A stretch of DNA of 62,085 nt, filler included, from Globobulimina sp. (Eukaryota): NCBI GenBank assembly GCA_003354225.1. It is 22 parts of 22 records of this genome, joined end to end, with 100 filler letters (N's around TTAATTAATTAA, not from the genome) between each part and the next. Parts side by side here need not be neighbours in the genome. Positions count along the whole stretch, not along the records: positions 1 to 2,730 come from PIVH01005171.1; positions 2,831 to 5,560 come from PIVH01005172.1; positions 5,661 to 8,390 come from PIVH01005173.1; positions 8,491 to 11,220 come from PIVH01005174.1; 18 more parts are not named here. One strand, 5' to 3'. The notes beneath the pieces were generated by a model. It was not told the origin of the DNA. It ran no database searches and saw only the letters and a program-made list of their open reading frames with translations. Shown one piece after another: positions 1 to 11,220 of this stretch. Both the position numbers and the translations under genes were made by a program. Position 1 is the stretch's first letter. Each line of letters starts with the position of its first letter.

Positions 1-1
1 T

Positions 2-853
2 GTTGTTTTTGATAAACGGTCAAAAAAATTGGTTGCTTTCGCCAGAACACCAATTGGTAAAAACTCATTTGATAAATATTACCAGCAAGCGGCGAAAATG
101 TGTGATATTGATTTTAATGGAGGAATGTATTCGAGCCGTTTTGCGATTGTTTCATTGCTATCCGATGCTGGATTTAGTTTGCCGCAAATTAAAGAGAATT
201 GGACCACGCATTCGACCACAAAAGCACTTGAAGGGTATTTTGATTCCAGTGTGGCGCAACAGACTGAGATGGAGCAACAAGATATGTTTTTTGATTATAT
301 TGATAAAAATAAAAATAATTTTAGAGATAAAAAACGTGCGGCGAATTGCAATGTGAATGAGAGTGCAAATGATAATACAAATAATAGAATTGCGCCCTTC
401 TCGCAATTAGATATGTTGCCAGAATTTGATATGGCGCCTTCCTGTATTTTGCCGTCAATGCCACAACAAACACAAGTGACAATACCTCCACCTGTCCAAC
501 AACAACAATTACCGTTACAGCAAATGCCGATATTACCTCCGATACAACGTCAACAAGCACCGCAAAATGTGTATCATCAGAGTGTTAATTATGGCCCATC
601 CAAAACATATCATCAATCCACAGCAAATGCTAGATTTGCTCCGTATTATTCGCATCAAAATCAAAACTATAATCAAGGATTTCGAGATCAAGATTTTGTT
701 TTTAGTAATCAGAGATTATCACATTATTCGGACTCTGTTCAAAATGAGAATTTACAGAATCAATTCAATCATCAATTACAGCCTGTTCATGGTTGGTCAG
801 TATTGGAGGAAATGAATGAGAGAGAATCAAATTTAAATCATGTGTACCAATAA
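2..853 (+). mobile_element. Crypton/DUF3504-like tyrosine recombinase, C-terminal fragment (5'-truncated at contig edge) with Q/P-rich tail
   Basis: Frame is open from base 2. PIGKNSF...YSSR...AGFS...TTHS...LEGY..S..QQ..M matches the Crypton YR pattern PVGKNTL...HSLR...G...TGHRS...Y..S..QQ..M. Confidence 0.7.
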
Positions 854-1155
854 TAAACTTTGATTTTTATGACTGTTTTTTTGTGTTGTTTTGTATTATT
901 TTGTGTGTGTTACCGCTATTTGTGACTATTTGTATATTATTTTTGCGTTATTTGTGTGTGGGTATGAGTGTTGTGCAAGATCTCACTTTATTTAAATGTC
1001 ACATAATTAAATCCTTTCACATTTCACATTTCAGAAACACAAACTTAGTCAGTCTTTATAGTTTTTTACAATTTTCATCAACAAAACACACTTCTTTTTT
1101 CTTCTCTTTCTTCCCATCATCCTTTCGTACTTCTAGTAAATCAGTAGATTATCAC

Positions 1156-1241
1156 ACAATATTTCCCGCTTTACCGGGAATTAATGACATTATTGAGTCC
1201 CTATTTCTGTCATTAACTTCCGGTAAAGCGGGAAATATTGT
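1156..1241. repeat. Palindrome with 34-bp arms (2 mismatches) and an 18-nt loop
   Basis: ACAATATTTCCCGCTTTACCGGGAATTAATGACA (1156-1189) pairs with 1208-1241. Confidence 0.95.
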
Positions 1242-1295
1242 TTTTAATTCCCTGATAAAAAGTTCATTAATATGATTAATTCCTCGAATGTGAGG

Positions 1296-1430
1296 GAGCT
1301 AATAAATTTTTTATCTGTGTAAGCCGGGAATTAATGCAAATATATTCCGAGATGGAGGGCGAAGCCCGATATCGAGGAATATAAATTTGCATTAATTCCC
1401 GGCTTACACAGATAAAAAATTTATTAGCTC
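1296..1430. repeat. Palindrome with perfect 46-bp arms around a GGGCGAAGCCC mini-hairpin
   Basis: 1296-1341 is the exact reverse complement of 1385-1430. Pairing extends imperfectly to about 1263-1460. Confidence 0.95.
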
Positions 1431-1577
1431 ACGAACATGAGGGTGTTAATGATTAATGAATTTTTTGGTATATTGACATACTTGTTTTGTTTGTGTTGTT
1501 GTTGTGTTTTGTTGGCGCTGTGTTGACATTTTGTTGTTAGTACACTGTTTTCTTCCTTTTAAATTATTATTGTTCGC

Positions 1578-2000
1578 ATGGCACAAGCTAGAGCTCGCCC
1601 ACGTAGGCACCAAGCAAATAAAGCAAATTTAGTCGTAAAGAAAAGCACCGAGGGCAGATGTAAACGTTGGGTTGCTGTATTTGAAGCATTTCTTGCCCGG
1701 CCATGGTCTGCCAATGAAAAAGTAAATCGTGCATTGATTGAGAGATCAAGACGTGAGCCGATGAATATTATTGAGATGATGAAGAATGAGTTTGTATTAT
1801 TTAGTGTTGTTTTAGATGCAGTTATTCGTGTATTTGAAGTTGGAATTACCGCCGCAAGAATTCTTGAGGAAGGGTGGATATTTAACGATATGACAGTATG
1901 TGATGATAAATTAAAACATTTCAAATCTGATGTTATATATGGAAATATTTCGAGTATGTTTAGTTTTTTTTTTGGAAGACGGGGGAAACGTTTTGAATAA
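1578..2000 (+). CDS. Hypothetical protein, possibly a Crypton YR N-terminal region
   Basis: 140-aa ORF. KKSTEGRCKRWVAVFEAFL resembles the Crypton N-terminal NT..xT.WAV..F..W helix. Confidence 0.35.
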   Translation: MAQARARPRRHQANKANLVVKKSTEGRCKRWVAVFEAFLARPWSANEKVNRALIERSRREPMNIIEMMKNEFVLFSVVLDAVIRVFEVGITAARILEEGWIFNDMTVCDDKLKHFKSDVIYGNISSMFSFFFGRRGKRFE

Positions 2001-2730
2001 TCTTAATTTAAAGCGTCACCATAAACAAAAGTGGTGACAATAAATAAAAAACCAGCCGGTAAAGTTTGTGCACAACTGCACAGAACCCGGACAAAAATTG
2101 TATAAAAAGAGTATAAAAAGAAATATTTTAAACACACAATGATTAAAAGCGAATAATTAAGTTAATAAATAAATAAGATTTAAATAGTTATTTCCGAATA
2201 AGAATTTCCAGATTTTTCCGGAATTTTTTTAATAAAAATTTGTCTATATTGTATAATAGAATTATTCATCAAATTCGCACTCCAAATGAATATGAATCCC
2301 CAGTTCCTTAATAAATAAAATCACCTGGTTCTTCAGCTAAACCCTCTTGAATATATGCAGATAATAACCATGTATAATAGGCTTGATAATAACGAACCAT
2401 CCAAGATAAACTTTGTATGATATTGAAACCAATAAGCATCGTCTTATGGAGTGAGTCGGTGTTTAAAAACACCCTAAACTCTGTCCAATCTTTATCAGCA
2501 CCTAGATTGAAAATATGGTAGAAAGAGTTGGCAAAGTGGGATAATAAACAATAGAGTGTGACATGGCATGCTGCCATGTTAAAGTTAAAGCTCATGGATA
2601 TGTTTCATAGATGTTTCGTATGTAAACCGCTATCGTAGTTTAAAAATCCAATCTCGGCTAGAAGTGACTGTAAAAGTGACATGGTCTAACATGTTAAGGT
2701 TCCGAACTTAATTGAGTTGCTGGGTTTTGC

Positions 2731-2830
2731 NNNNNNNNNNNNNNNNNNNNNNNNNNNNNNNNNNNNNNNNNNNNTTAATTAATTAANNNNNNNNNNNNNN
2801 NNNNNNNNNNNNNNNNNNNNNNNNNNNNNN
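2731..2830. other. Artificial contig linker (N44-TTAATTAATTAA-N44), first of 21 in the window
   Basis: The same 100-bp spacer with six-frame stops recurs about every 2.83 kb. Confidence 0.99.
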
Positions 2831-3197
2831 ATTTGGTGGTGTTGGATTTACACCATTCCAACATTTGCAACATAAATTATTTAAAGCTGGATTGTATAAA
2901 AAAATATCACCGCCTCTGTGTATATAGAATATAGATAAAAGTTGGCTATTTTATAAGGATTAACTTGAATATGGTACGGCATTGTTTTTTAAATGCAGCA
3001 ATTGGACAATTGATGTCATTGTCTTGCCTGAGTAATCCAGGGGTTTCTGTTACATTGTAAAACCATAATCCTCTCTCTAACACTTTGCTTGGATTATTTT
3101 CTTCAACAAAATTCCAATTTGCTGACCAAAATGTTGGCCATTCTGGTGCTGTTAATGATGAAACCGTAGTAAATAGCAAAATGAAACTGAGGAACAT
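2831..3197 (-). CDS. Secreted protein, possibly ependymin-related (5' part, with intron)
   Basis: Signal peptide MFLSFILLFTTVSS followed by PEWPTFWSA..GLWFYN..LLRQD. Continues to the contig edge after a probable intron. Confidence 0.4.
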
Positions 3198-3929
3198 GGT
3201 TAAAAAAAATGTAGTAAAAGTGAGTGTGTGTTCCGGAGGCCAGACAGACTCAGAAGAAGGAAACAAAGCTAGGAGTTTCTGAAAAAGAAGGATCCTTCCT
3301 ATATATCCTTCCTATATCTGAAATGCAAGATGTATCTCGATACGTTGATCGGATTTCAACTTTTGGAGTTGATCGCACACCACAATAAATTAGCTCAATA
3401 ATTGTAACTGCAGTGTCAGTGGTGAGGTGTAGCAATTTGCCACACCAGAAAAGTGCACAGTGAGTGCATCTTTTCAAATATTTCAATTATTGTTACCATC
3501 GCAATGAAGAACTTAAAAGCATGTTTTCGAAATTTTATTGTTTAATAAAACAATGTTCTTAAATAATATTTCGAGTACAACTGTGCTATTATGGGATCAA
3601 AGCATTTACATTTGCAACACTGCATATCAAATACCATACAGTTATGTGTCCATTCAAACAGAATAGTTGAATATAATCAATATATAACAATATTCCCATT
3701 GCTAATTGCTTGAGTAATCCGAGTACCATGTATAGAATACAGAAAATCAACATATTACCACCAAACGTTGCTTATAAAATGCTGTGGCAGGTCAGTTTTC
3801 CCATTACATTATATTAATAATCCAACTTCCGAATATCTCAACTGTATGAACTTCCAACCTCTCTCAACATCGATCTCTGACTTAAATGCTTTACTTAAAA
3901 GGTTTTCACAGATAAAAAAAATCACTCAT

Positions 3930-4874
3930 TCACTCTCCGAGATGTTTTTGTGTAAATTCGAAACAAAAGGATGTAAAACTCATTCCAACAGCAACTCTCG
4001 CTGTGCCCCAACCAATCCTCAATCTAAACAACCAACATCTTATCACACCAACAACACCATTCTCTTTCATTCCATCCGCATATAAACTCCTTAACACAAA
4101 CATCATCGTTGGTATTTTTGTCTGATTTTGTTCAGTCGAATATTGTATATTCCTTACAAAGTTAAAAGGTGCTGACAACACTGTTGCTACAAAAGCCGAT
4201 GTCATATCGATCCAAAGGTGTGTCTTATATGACTTTGTATCTTTGCTGTTTCTCCGCGAATGCCTTAAATAAGCAAACGTTGATCCAAATATTATATCTC
4301 TAGTCATTGTGGCATACATTCCTTTCATAAATTGTTGTCTCCCGCCTTTGTTATACATGACATACAATTGCTTGATATAGGACAGATTTTCTTTATTATT
4401 CCATGTTGTATATTTTACTGCGGCCACCGGGTTAAGCAATAATGCATTGATAGCCCCAGCAAATGATCCGGCTGTTATGCTCGATGCAGTCGAACCTGTA
4501 TTGCAAAAGCATATTTTTCTGTAAATTTCATGCATCAAATCATCAAATCATCAAATATATAGCAACCAACCAAGTTTCAGCTTGCTTTCGGAGATGGAGT
4601 ATGCAAATTGTTCGAGTGGGAAATACAATCCATGTGATACGGCTCGCTGGAATAAAGATTGTGTGACACCTTGGAATGGTTGATGGAAATTTAGGACGTT
4701 AAGAAATGAACGCTGATGGATTACGGAGAGATATAATGCTTTGTCCCATGGGTTTAATGCGAAAGCTACAACTAAACCACTACCAAACCCACTGAGTAAT
4801 AATAGTGCAGAATGTTTGACTCCTGAGATGGTGACATTGTCGATAGTTGAAGCGGTTTTCGAAATAGTTGACAT
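3930..4874 (-). CDS. Mitochondrial carrier (SLC25) family protein, two exons
   Basis: Three carrier repeats (NPWDKA, NPVAAVK, APFNFVRN). Intron acceptor at 4496. Confidence 0.85.
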
Positions 4875-4998
4875 TTTTTTTAATATATTAAACTCCGCTC
4901 TTTTGTTCGAGAGCGAGTCGATTCGGAGATCGAGCTGTGAACAGAATCAACAGATTTAAGTTGGATTTGTAATCTTATACAAAATGACAATGTTGTCC

Positions 4999-5560
4999 TT
5001 ATTCGGGTGTTTCAAAATCATTCGCAACAACAAAATCATCACTAGATCGACCCTCTGTATCCTGTACAATTGGATCTGTTGCTACATCTATATTCATTTC
5101 AGAATCACCTCCTTCTGTCGGTGCTGAATACCTATATATCTCATCTTCGCTGTCATATTTAGTACCAGTCGGTGAAATCGTTTCCATTCTCCCCATTGTA
5201 GTTTGATAGTCATTATTCTGTGGTGTTTCTATAGCTATTCCATTTTTGGTGATTGTACCACCAATTTGTGCATCATGTTCCATGACTATTAATTGCACAT
5301 AAAAATCACCATCAATTGGTTTTTTTTTGTGTTTCAGTGTGTGATAATAAATCCCGACGCCACCGCATAACATCAAAATAGATACAGCCATCATCACAAA
5401 AACCACCAACTCACCATTAGCAATTGGTTTATTTCCATTTTTAATTGGTTTATTTCCAATGGTCACGTTCAATCCATGTGTAGTCAACATATCCTCTGCT
5501 GGATTATGCTGTGATTTTACTGGATAATTAGTTGGATTTGATGTAGGTCCTTTTGTTGGA
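4999..5560 (-). CDS. Single-pass membrane protein, C-terminal part with PT-rich stalk
   Basis: P/T-rich segment, one TM helix, then a basic stop-transfer and an acidic tail. Confidence 0.55.
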
Positions 5561-5702
5561 NNNNNNNNNNNNNNNNNNNNNNNNNNNNNNNNNNNNNNNN
5601 NNNNTTAATTAATTAANNNNNNNNNNNNNNNNNNNNNNNNNNNNNNNNNNNNNNNNNNNNTTGTCGATGCGTTTTAAAAAAAATCGACATTTGGCATTTC
5701 CA

Positions 5703-6503
5703 ACCTCCAGTTACCTCCAGTTTTTTTCGAAAATTTAAATGCATGCATATATAGTTAAATGCTACCATAAAAAAATATTGTATGTACCAAATATATTGTA
5801 TGTTTAATATGTTCTATCTAAAGATGTATATTGTTGATTTCTGTATTCCAAATGAAAAGTTGTGATGTTTATCACCTTGTACACAGCTATTAAACATACA
5901 CAACCGAAACACAAACAAAAAATTATAGTTTTTTTTAAATTATGATAAAAAAAAAAATGTGATGATGGGAATTGAACCCAAATCTTCTTTAATTAGATGC
6001 TCTCATTGAGCTATCATCACAATACATTACACGCGTGGGAATGTCCAGGTTGCTGTCTCCACAGTTGTTATGAAACGGCTGTTTTGTCCACTGTGGTTTG
6101 TCCAGTGTCAACGGCTGCTTTGTCCACAGTAGTTATGTTCACAGACCACATCGGTTATGTCCACACTCAACAGTGGTATGTAGCGGTGGTTGTGTCAACG
6201 CTTGCTTTGCCAACGGTGGTTATGTCCACAGTGGTATGACAACGGTGGATTAGTCCATATAAATCTCATCCATATGATGTAAATCTTGTAAATCTCATCC
6301 ATGAAATATCAGCCATACCATCATGAATAATGATAATTTCATTACAAGGAGCTGTGTATGCTCCGTTTTTCCATTAATATCTGGTACCAATTGGTACAAA
6401 TCCACCATAATACTCCTAATGAGAGGTGTATGCTCCGTTTACCGTCGAAGCTGTGCCATGGTGGCAAAAAAGAAAAACGGGAAAACTGGAGGTAACTGGA
6501 GGT
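5703..6503. mobile_element. About 800-bp element bracketed by 22-bp inverted repeats (MITE-like)
   Basis: ACCTCCAGTTACCTCCAGTTTT (5703-5724) and AAAACTGGAGGTAACTGGAGGT (6482-6503). Internal GTCCAC/CAACGG motif repeats at about 6057-6250. Confidence 0.55.
5959..6020 (-). pseudogene. tRNA-like sequence with a collapsed anticodon arm
   Basis: GTGATGA/TCATCAC acceptor stem, TAGCTCAATGAGAGC D-arm (A box) and GGGTTCAATTCCC T-arm (B box). Only 62 nt long. Confidence 0.65.
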
Positions 6504-7019
6504 AGACAATTTTATCATGGGTATCGTATACCAGCTTCCAGACTGTTCTAGAACCTCGTAGCAGTACACAGTTCGTGCAAATATACCCGTTATGATTTTT
6601 TGAAAGTTACAAATATATAGGACCAAGAACGAAGAAGATAGAAAAATGCTCATATTAGTCATCTATACTGACAAATCTCAAAACAAGTTCCATGTGTGCT
6701 TAGTGATTTGATTTGGATCATTTTGCTCAATCATTTTGATATAATAATCAAAGTCGTCCAAAACTAGGTCGACTCCATCAAGTTCACAATGGTCGATGCT
6801 TGATCGTATACTTACTGATCTCGCGTGATAGAAATAGTTGGAGATTGTGTTGTGGTTTTTCTCTCTATCAGGATCTAAAAAATTGCGTTGAATTATTTAA
6901 TTGAAAATGTTATTAAGCAAAAATTAACCGTTGATCGAAATATTAACCGTCTGATGGGTTAATAAATCAAATTCAACAGACTTGTAAATACTAAATGCTT
7001 TAACAGGCACTTTTTAAGA

Positions 7020-8273
7020 TCACAGCAATTTCCATGACTCTTCATATCCATTTATCTGACAGTTTTTGTTTGCAATGACAAATATTGAAATCTCCCAGTT
7101 TTTGTTGTTATAAGAATTCATATTAATATTTGACGATCGCGATAAGTTTTTAAATTCTTCCAATAATGCATTTCCATTAAATGTAGTACTCAAATTATTT
7201 AACATTAAAATAAACATAAAATCCTTGATTTCACTAATTTGTAACCAATGAATTACATTTCCAATATTTGACATAAATGTCATTGCATCAAATTGTTCAT
7301 TTTCTGTAATACGAATATCAATCTTTATTTTCATTTGTTTTCGTTTTCGTTTTTTAGTTTGAAATAATCCTTTTTCAATACCAACCAATATCGATTCAAA
7401 CAATTTACCATCATCTCTAAATTCAATATACTGCAAATATTTACATGTCACCATCAATTTAATTATTGTTTCTTTTGTTTCTTTTGCTGTTAAAAATGAA
7501 TGCAATCCCGATGAAGTCCCCACTGTTGAACATATATATATTTTTTTTAAATTAACTGCTGTTTTCAATATATCATCTATGGATTTGTTAGTTGGTGTAT
7601 ATAATTTCAATTGTTGTAATCTACAAAAATCAATATTGCATAAATTATAATCTGTGTTGTGTGATTGACAAAAACCTAAAAAATCCAACTGATTTCCAAA
7701 TGCATTAAGCAATGATCGTAATGTTTGTCTTTTACATATTAGTTGTAATCCTCTTAAATGTGGCCATATTGTTCTAATTTTATTTGCGTCGATATCAAAT
7801 ATCATAAACCTGAATGAACAATATTGTATGTTTGGAAACTTTGTTAAAAGTGTGTTAAATTTCGCAGAATTAAAAGAATTCCGAGCTGTTCCAAAATGAT
7901 AAAAATTTAATGTTGTTACATTACGGGCATTTATAAAATTTTGTGTCATAAATGCATTAATATCGATGTCCGATTTCGCTGCACCATCTAATTCGATGTT
8001 GTTTACTTCATTCATAACATTAATTTGATTGTTTATTTTTAATTCATTGAACCGATTTAAATCTATTTTCAACGTTTTTAGGAATCGAAATGATTTCAAA
8101 TTAATTGATGAATAATTTTGTATTTCTGTGATCTGTAATTCTTGCATTAAATTTGGTGAATTGCAGCCTAAAAACATGGATCGATTTGATTTACTAAAAT
8201 GAATATAATCATATTGTTGCATAAAGGATGCAGTGACACCAATCACTTGTTTTGGGAGTTGATCTAATTTCAT
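7020..8273 (-). CDS. F-box-like N-terminus with LRR-like body (lineage-expanded family)
   Basis: LDQLP..VIG..ASF F-box-like motif. C-terminal VIANKNCQINGY..W is shared with 56544-57995. Confidence 0.6.
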   Translation of the reverse strand: MKLDQLPKQVIGVTASFMQQYDYIHFSKSNRSMFLGCNSPNLMQELQITEIQNYSSINLKSFRFLKTLKIDLNRFNELKINNQINVMNEVNNIELDGAAKSDIDINAFMTQNFINARNVTTLNFYHFGTARNSFNSAKFNTLLTKFPNIQYCSFRFMIFDIDANKIRTIWPHLRGLQLICKRQTLRSLLNAFGNQLDFLGFCQSHNTDYNLCNIDFCRLQQLKLYTPTNKSIDDILKTAVNLKKIYICSTVGTSSGLHSFLTAKETKETIIKLMVTCKYLQYIEFRDDGKLFESILVGIEKGLFQTKKRKRKQMKIKIDIRITENEQFDAMTFMSNIGNVIHWLQISEIKDFMFILMLNNLSTTFNGNALLEEFKNLSRSSNINMNSYNNKNWEISIFVIANKNCQINGYEESWKLL

Positions 8274-8492
8274 ATTTTGGGTTGTTATGGTGGTTGGTTT
8301 TTTCTTTCTGTTTCTAATAATGTTTGTTAATAAATTGTTTATTGAATTTACTGCGGGCGATTTGATGAAAAATTGAAATAATGCGGCATTNNNNNNNNNN
8401 NNNNNNNNNNNNNNNNNNNNNNNNNNNNNNNNNNTTAATTAATTAANNNNNNNNNNNNNNNNNNNNNNNNNNNNNNNNNNNNNNNNNNNNTA

Positions 8493-8990
8493 CAAGAAGA
8501 GAGAAAGAAACAGAAACAAGAAGAACAACAAAAAGCAAAACAACAGTCCCAATCTCTTTTGAAACATAAAAAGTTTCTTCAACAGCTCGCAGCATTAAAT
8601 CAATCAGATCAACACCAACAAAAACAAGCAAAAGCAAAAAAAACACGTATTGATCAAAGTAATCATGAATTTGTATCAAGTTTAAACAATTCAGTCGTTA
8701 CAATACCAGACGAAGTCATTGATTATCACTTAGAAAAAGCAGGATGTCATTGTCCAGATTTAAGAGTAAAAAGATTGATTGGCATTGCTGCTAAAAAAAT
8801 GATATTTGATATATGTTCAAATGCATTGGCTCACAGAGAGCACCACATTCAGTCATTGCCAACTACCAAACAGAAATCATTCAAAAATAAAAAACAAACA
8901 TTGGAAATCAATCATTTGTTAATGGCGTTAAGGGACAAAGGTGTTAATTTGAGTAAACCTCCATTTTACGTCTCCCATCCAAAGAGATAA
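8493..8990 (+). CDS. TAF10: TFIID subunit TAF10 (5'-truncated)
   Basis: TIPDEVIDYHLEKAG..CPDLRVKRLIGIAAKK and TLE...L..AL...GVN..KPPFY. Confidence 0.9.
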   Translation, partial: QEERKKQKQEEQQKAKQQSQSLLKHKKFLQQLAALNQSDQHQQKQAKAKKTRIDQSNHEFVSSLNNSVVTIPDEVIDYHLEKAGCHCPDLRVKRLIGIAAKKMIFDICSNALAHREHHIQSLPTTKQKSFKNKKQTLEINHLLMALRDKGVNLSKPPFYVSHPKR

Positions 8991-9058
8991 AGTCATAAAA
9001 TGTGATGGAATTAGTGTTTGATCCTTGCGCTGATACATGATTATGAAAAACAACTGTT

Positions 9059-10612
9059 TTAATTATAATACATTTTGGTGATCACTGTGCGATGATCGGA
9101 TGGAAATGTTTGTTCATTTTCAATATTTAATGTTTGATCGCCTGCAATATAAACATCACACACTTGCCATTGCGTCGCGTTTCCATTCCTATACAATATC
9201 CGGTCCGTCACTGTCGGATCCTCAATTCTGTGGTCTTCAAAGTTCGTAAATGTCCGCATTACGTCCACTGTCTCGCCATAGATGTCCTTCCATGAATCAG
9301 TAAAAGGACCAACATCATTTCCTATTGTTTTATTTCTCAAACTGATACATTTTGAATGTAACAATTGCGTCAACAAATCATTATATTTATGGTTATAATT
9401 AACTGTCAATATATCCATTGGATATTCAAAATCCAAATACGTATTAAAATCACCCAAAATAATCTGCAATCGATGTGGATTCTGTTTGTGATATTTATTC
9501 ATTATATCCATAATTTGCAAGATGTTGACGCATTGATCGAATGCAGATAACCCGAAATGTGAATGAAATACATCGATATGTATCGGATTTGCAATGGGAA
9601 TCATAATCGATGCATACAATAAAATGCGTCCTTTTTTCAACATGAATCTCTCAGACTTTTCAATCTCAAATCGGGTGGCAATTACCAAGTATTCCTCATC
9701 ATCATTCTCTTCCAATTTCAATCGACCTTTAATATGATTCCATTTGTGCTCAGATTGAGTTCCAATTCCATGTTTATGACCTTTTTGTAACTCATTTAAT
9801 ATCAACTCATGCTGCAATATATCATTCCCGTTTTCATCTTTAGTCCATCGGATCTCTTGCAATGCGACAATATCCACATGATATGCAGACAAAATGCGCG
9901 CAATTTCAGCCATCCTCTCGTTGATAAATGGGTTTGTGTTCCATGTGTTGTATGTTGCAATTGTAAATGATGGGATATCCATTAATTGTTGGATTGTTTT
10001 TATATGTTTTGGAATATGTTTGTGATTCTTTACAAATGTGTTTAATTTATTAATGTTAACTGAATCTATGTGTTGCTGGATATGTGGATAATAATTTGAT
10101 GACAGAAAATGACACATGTGATAGTCACGGAATTTATGTGGAATCCAATTGAATGTATCTTCGTGCAAACCGTCCTCAATTAATGGCAATGGAATTAATA
10201 GTTTTATGTCGTTCATTGTTTTATATGGTTTTGGTTGTGGTTTATAGTTTGCCTTTTCATCAGGAGCGAGGCGTTCGAGTTGCGCTATTTTGGTGTTGTA
10301 AATTAAATCTTTGATTTGCGCGGATAATCTCTCATTTTTACGCAGTAAATAAGTCAATACCACATTGTATTGTTTTTGTGTGATATGTATGCCATTATTA
10401 CACTTATGTTGTGCGTTATACACTGGTTGGGGCAGTGTGTTGGATACTCCTTGCGATTGATATGTGGGTGACCTGATAAGGTAGAATTCGAATATTATTA
10501 TTTGAATGACACATAATATTATCAATAAAAGCAGACACTGTAAAAAGGATGCAGTGCATAAATGTCTCACTTTGTTTTTAGTAGAAAACATTTTTTTACA
10601 CCAGTTCACCAT
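9059..10612 (-). CDS. Type II membrane endonuclease/exonuclease/phosphatase (EEP) family protein
   Basis: N-terminal TM helix, then ATYNTW, ALQE, SHF, GDFN, DRILY and PSDH motifs. Confidence 0.85.
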   Translation of the reverse strand: MVNWCKKMFSTKNKVRHLCTASFLQCLLLLIILCVIQIIIFEFYLIRSPTYQSQGVSNTLPQPVYNAQHKCNNGIHITQKQYNVVLTYLLRKNERLSAQIKDLIYNTKIAQLERLAPDEKANYKPQPKPYKTMNDIKLLIPLPLIEDGLHEDTFNWIPHKFRDYHMCHFLSSNYYPHIQQHIDSVNINKLNTFVKNHKHIPKHIKTIQQLMDIPSFTIATYNTWNTNPFINERMAEIARILSAYHVDIVALQEIRWTKDENGNDILQHELILNELQKGHKHGIGTQSEHKWNHIKGRLKLEENDDEEYLVIATRFEIEKSERFMLKKGRILLYASIMIPIANPIHIDVFHSHFGLSAFDQCVNILQIMDIMNKYHKQNPHRLQIILGDFNTYLDFEYPMDILTVNYNHKYNDLLTQLLHSKCISLRNKTIGNDVGPFTDSWKDIYGETVDVMRTFTNFEDHRIEDPTVTDRILYRNGNATQWQVCDVYIAGDQTLNIENEQTFPSDHRTVITKMYYN

Positions 10613-11220
10613 GGAAATACGTGATTTGTTGAAACAACAATTAATTGAGGTTCACCATAAAGTGATTGAAGACTTAGAAATGCGATATACAATCTTCAAC
10701 CTGCAATTAATGCAGCAAAAAAAAAATATCTTACTTAGCGTTCAACACCAATTCTATCAACGTATGCAGCTTATTGACAGTTTGTATGCGCCAAAAAACG
10801 AACATGCTTCATTGCTATTATCGCTGTTCGTAGCTAATCAACAAAATACCAATAATACTGGAATAAATTCAATATCTGATACTACAATTCATCAACTCCC
10901 ATTTTCAAGTTTTAATGATAAGAATAATAATAAGAATAATCTGTCAGGAGTGGGTGGTGAAAATTATATGAAAATATCTGCTCATTCATTTGATAATTTA
11001 TCGGTTGAGCCTAAAATATTAAACATAAAAACTGGGATAAATACCCAACAAACCATTGGAAAAAGAAAAGAAAAGAAAAAAAATGATAATTGTAAACCGT
11101 TTGAGTGTCAACATTGCCGCAAAACTCAGACTCAAACATAACCTCAAAAAACATTATGTTACACATGCAAACAAAAGGCCATTTAAATGTAAATAGTGTA
11201 CTCAAAGATGTAAAACCAGC
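10611..11220 (+). pseudogene. C2H2 zinc-finger protein with a frameshift and an in-frame stop
   Basis: FECQHCRKT shifts frame into RLKHNLKKHYVTHANKRPFKCK*C near 11127. TAG lies in the second finger. Confidence 0.7.

Noticed and set aside
883-1275. 130-aa hydrophobic ORF
   Set aside because: It crosses T-rich and palindromic non-coding DNA and has no motifs.
4496-4585. GC-AG intron in the mitochondrial carrier
   Set aside because: The GC donor at 4585 keeps the frame, but a GT donor at 4570 does too. It cannot be decided without cDNA.
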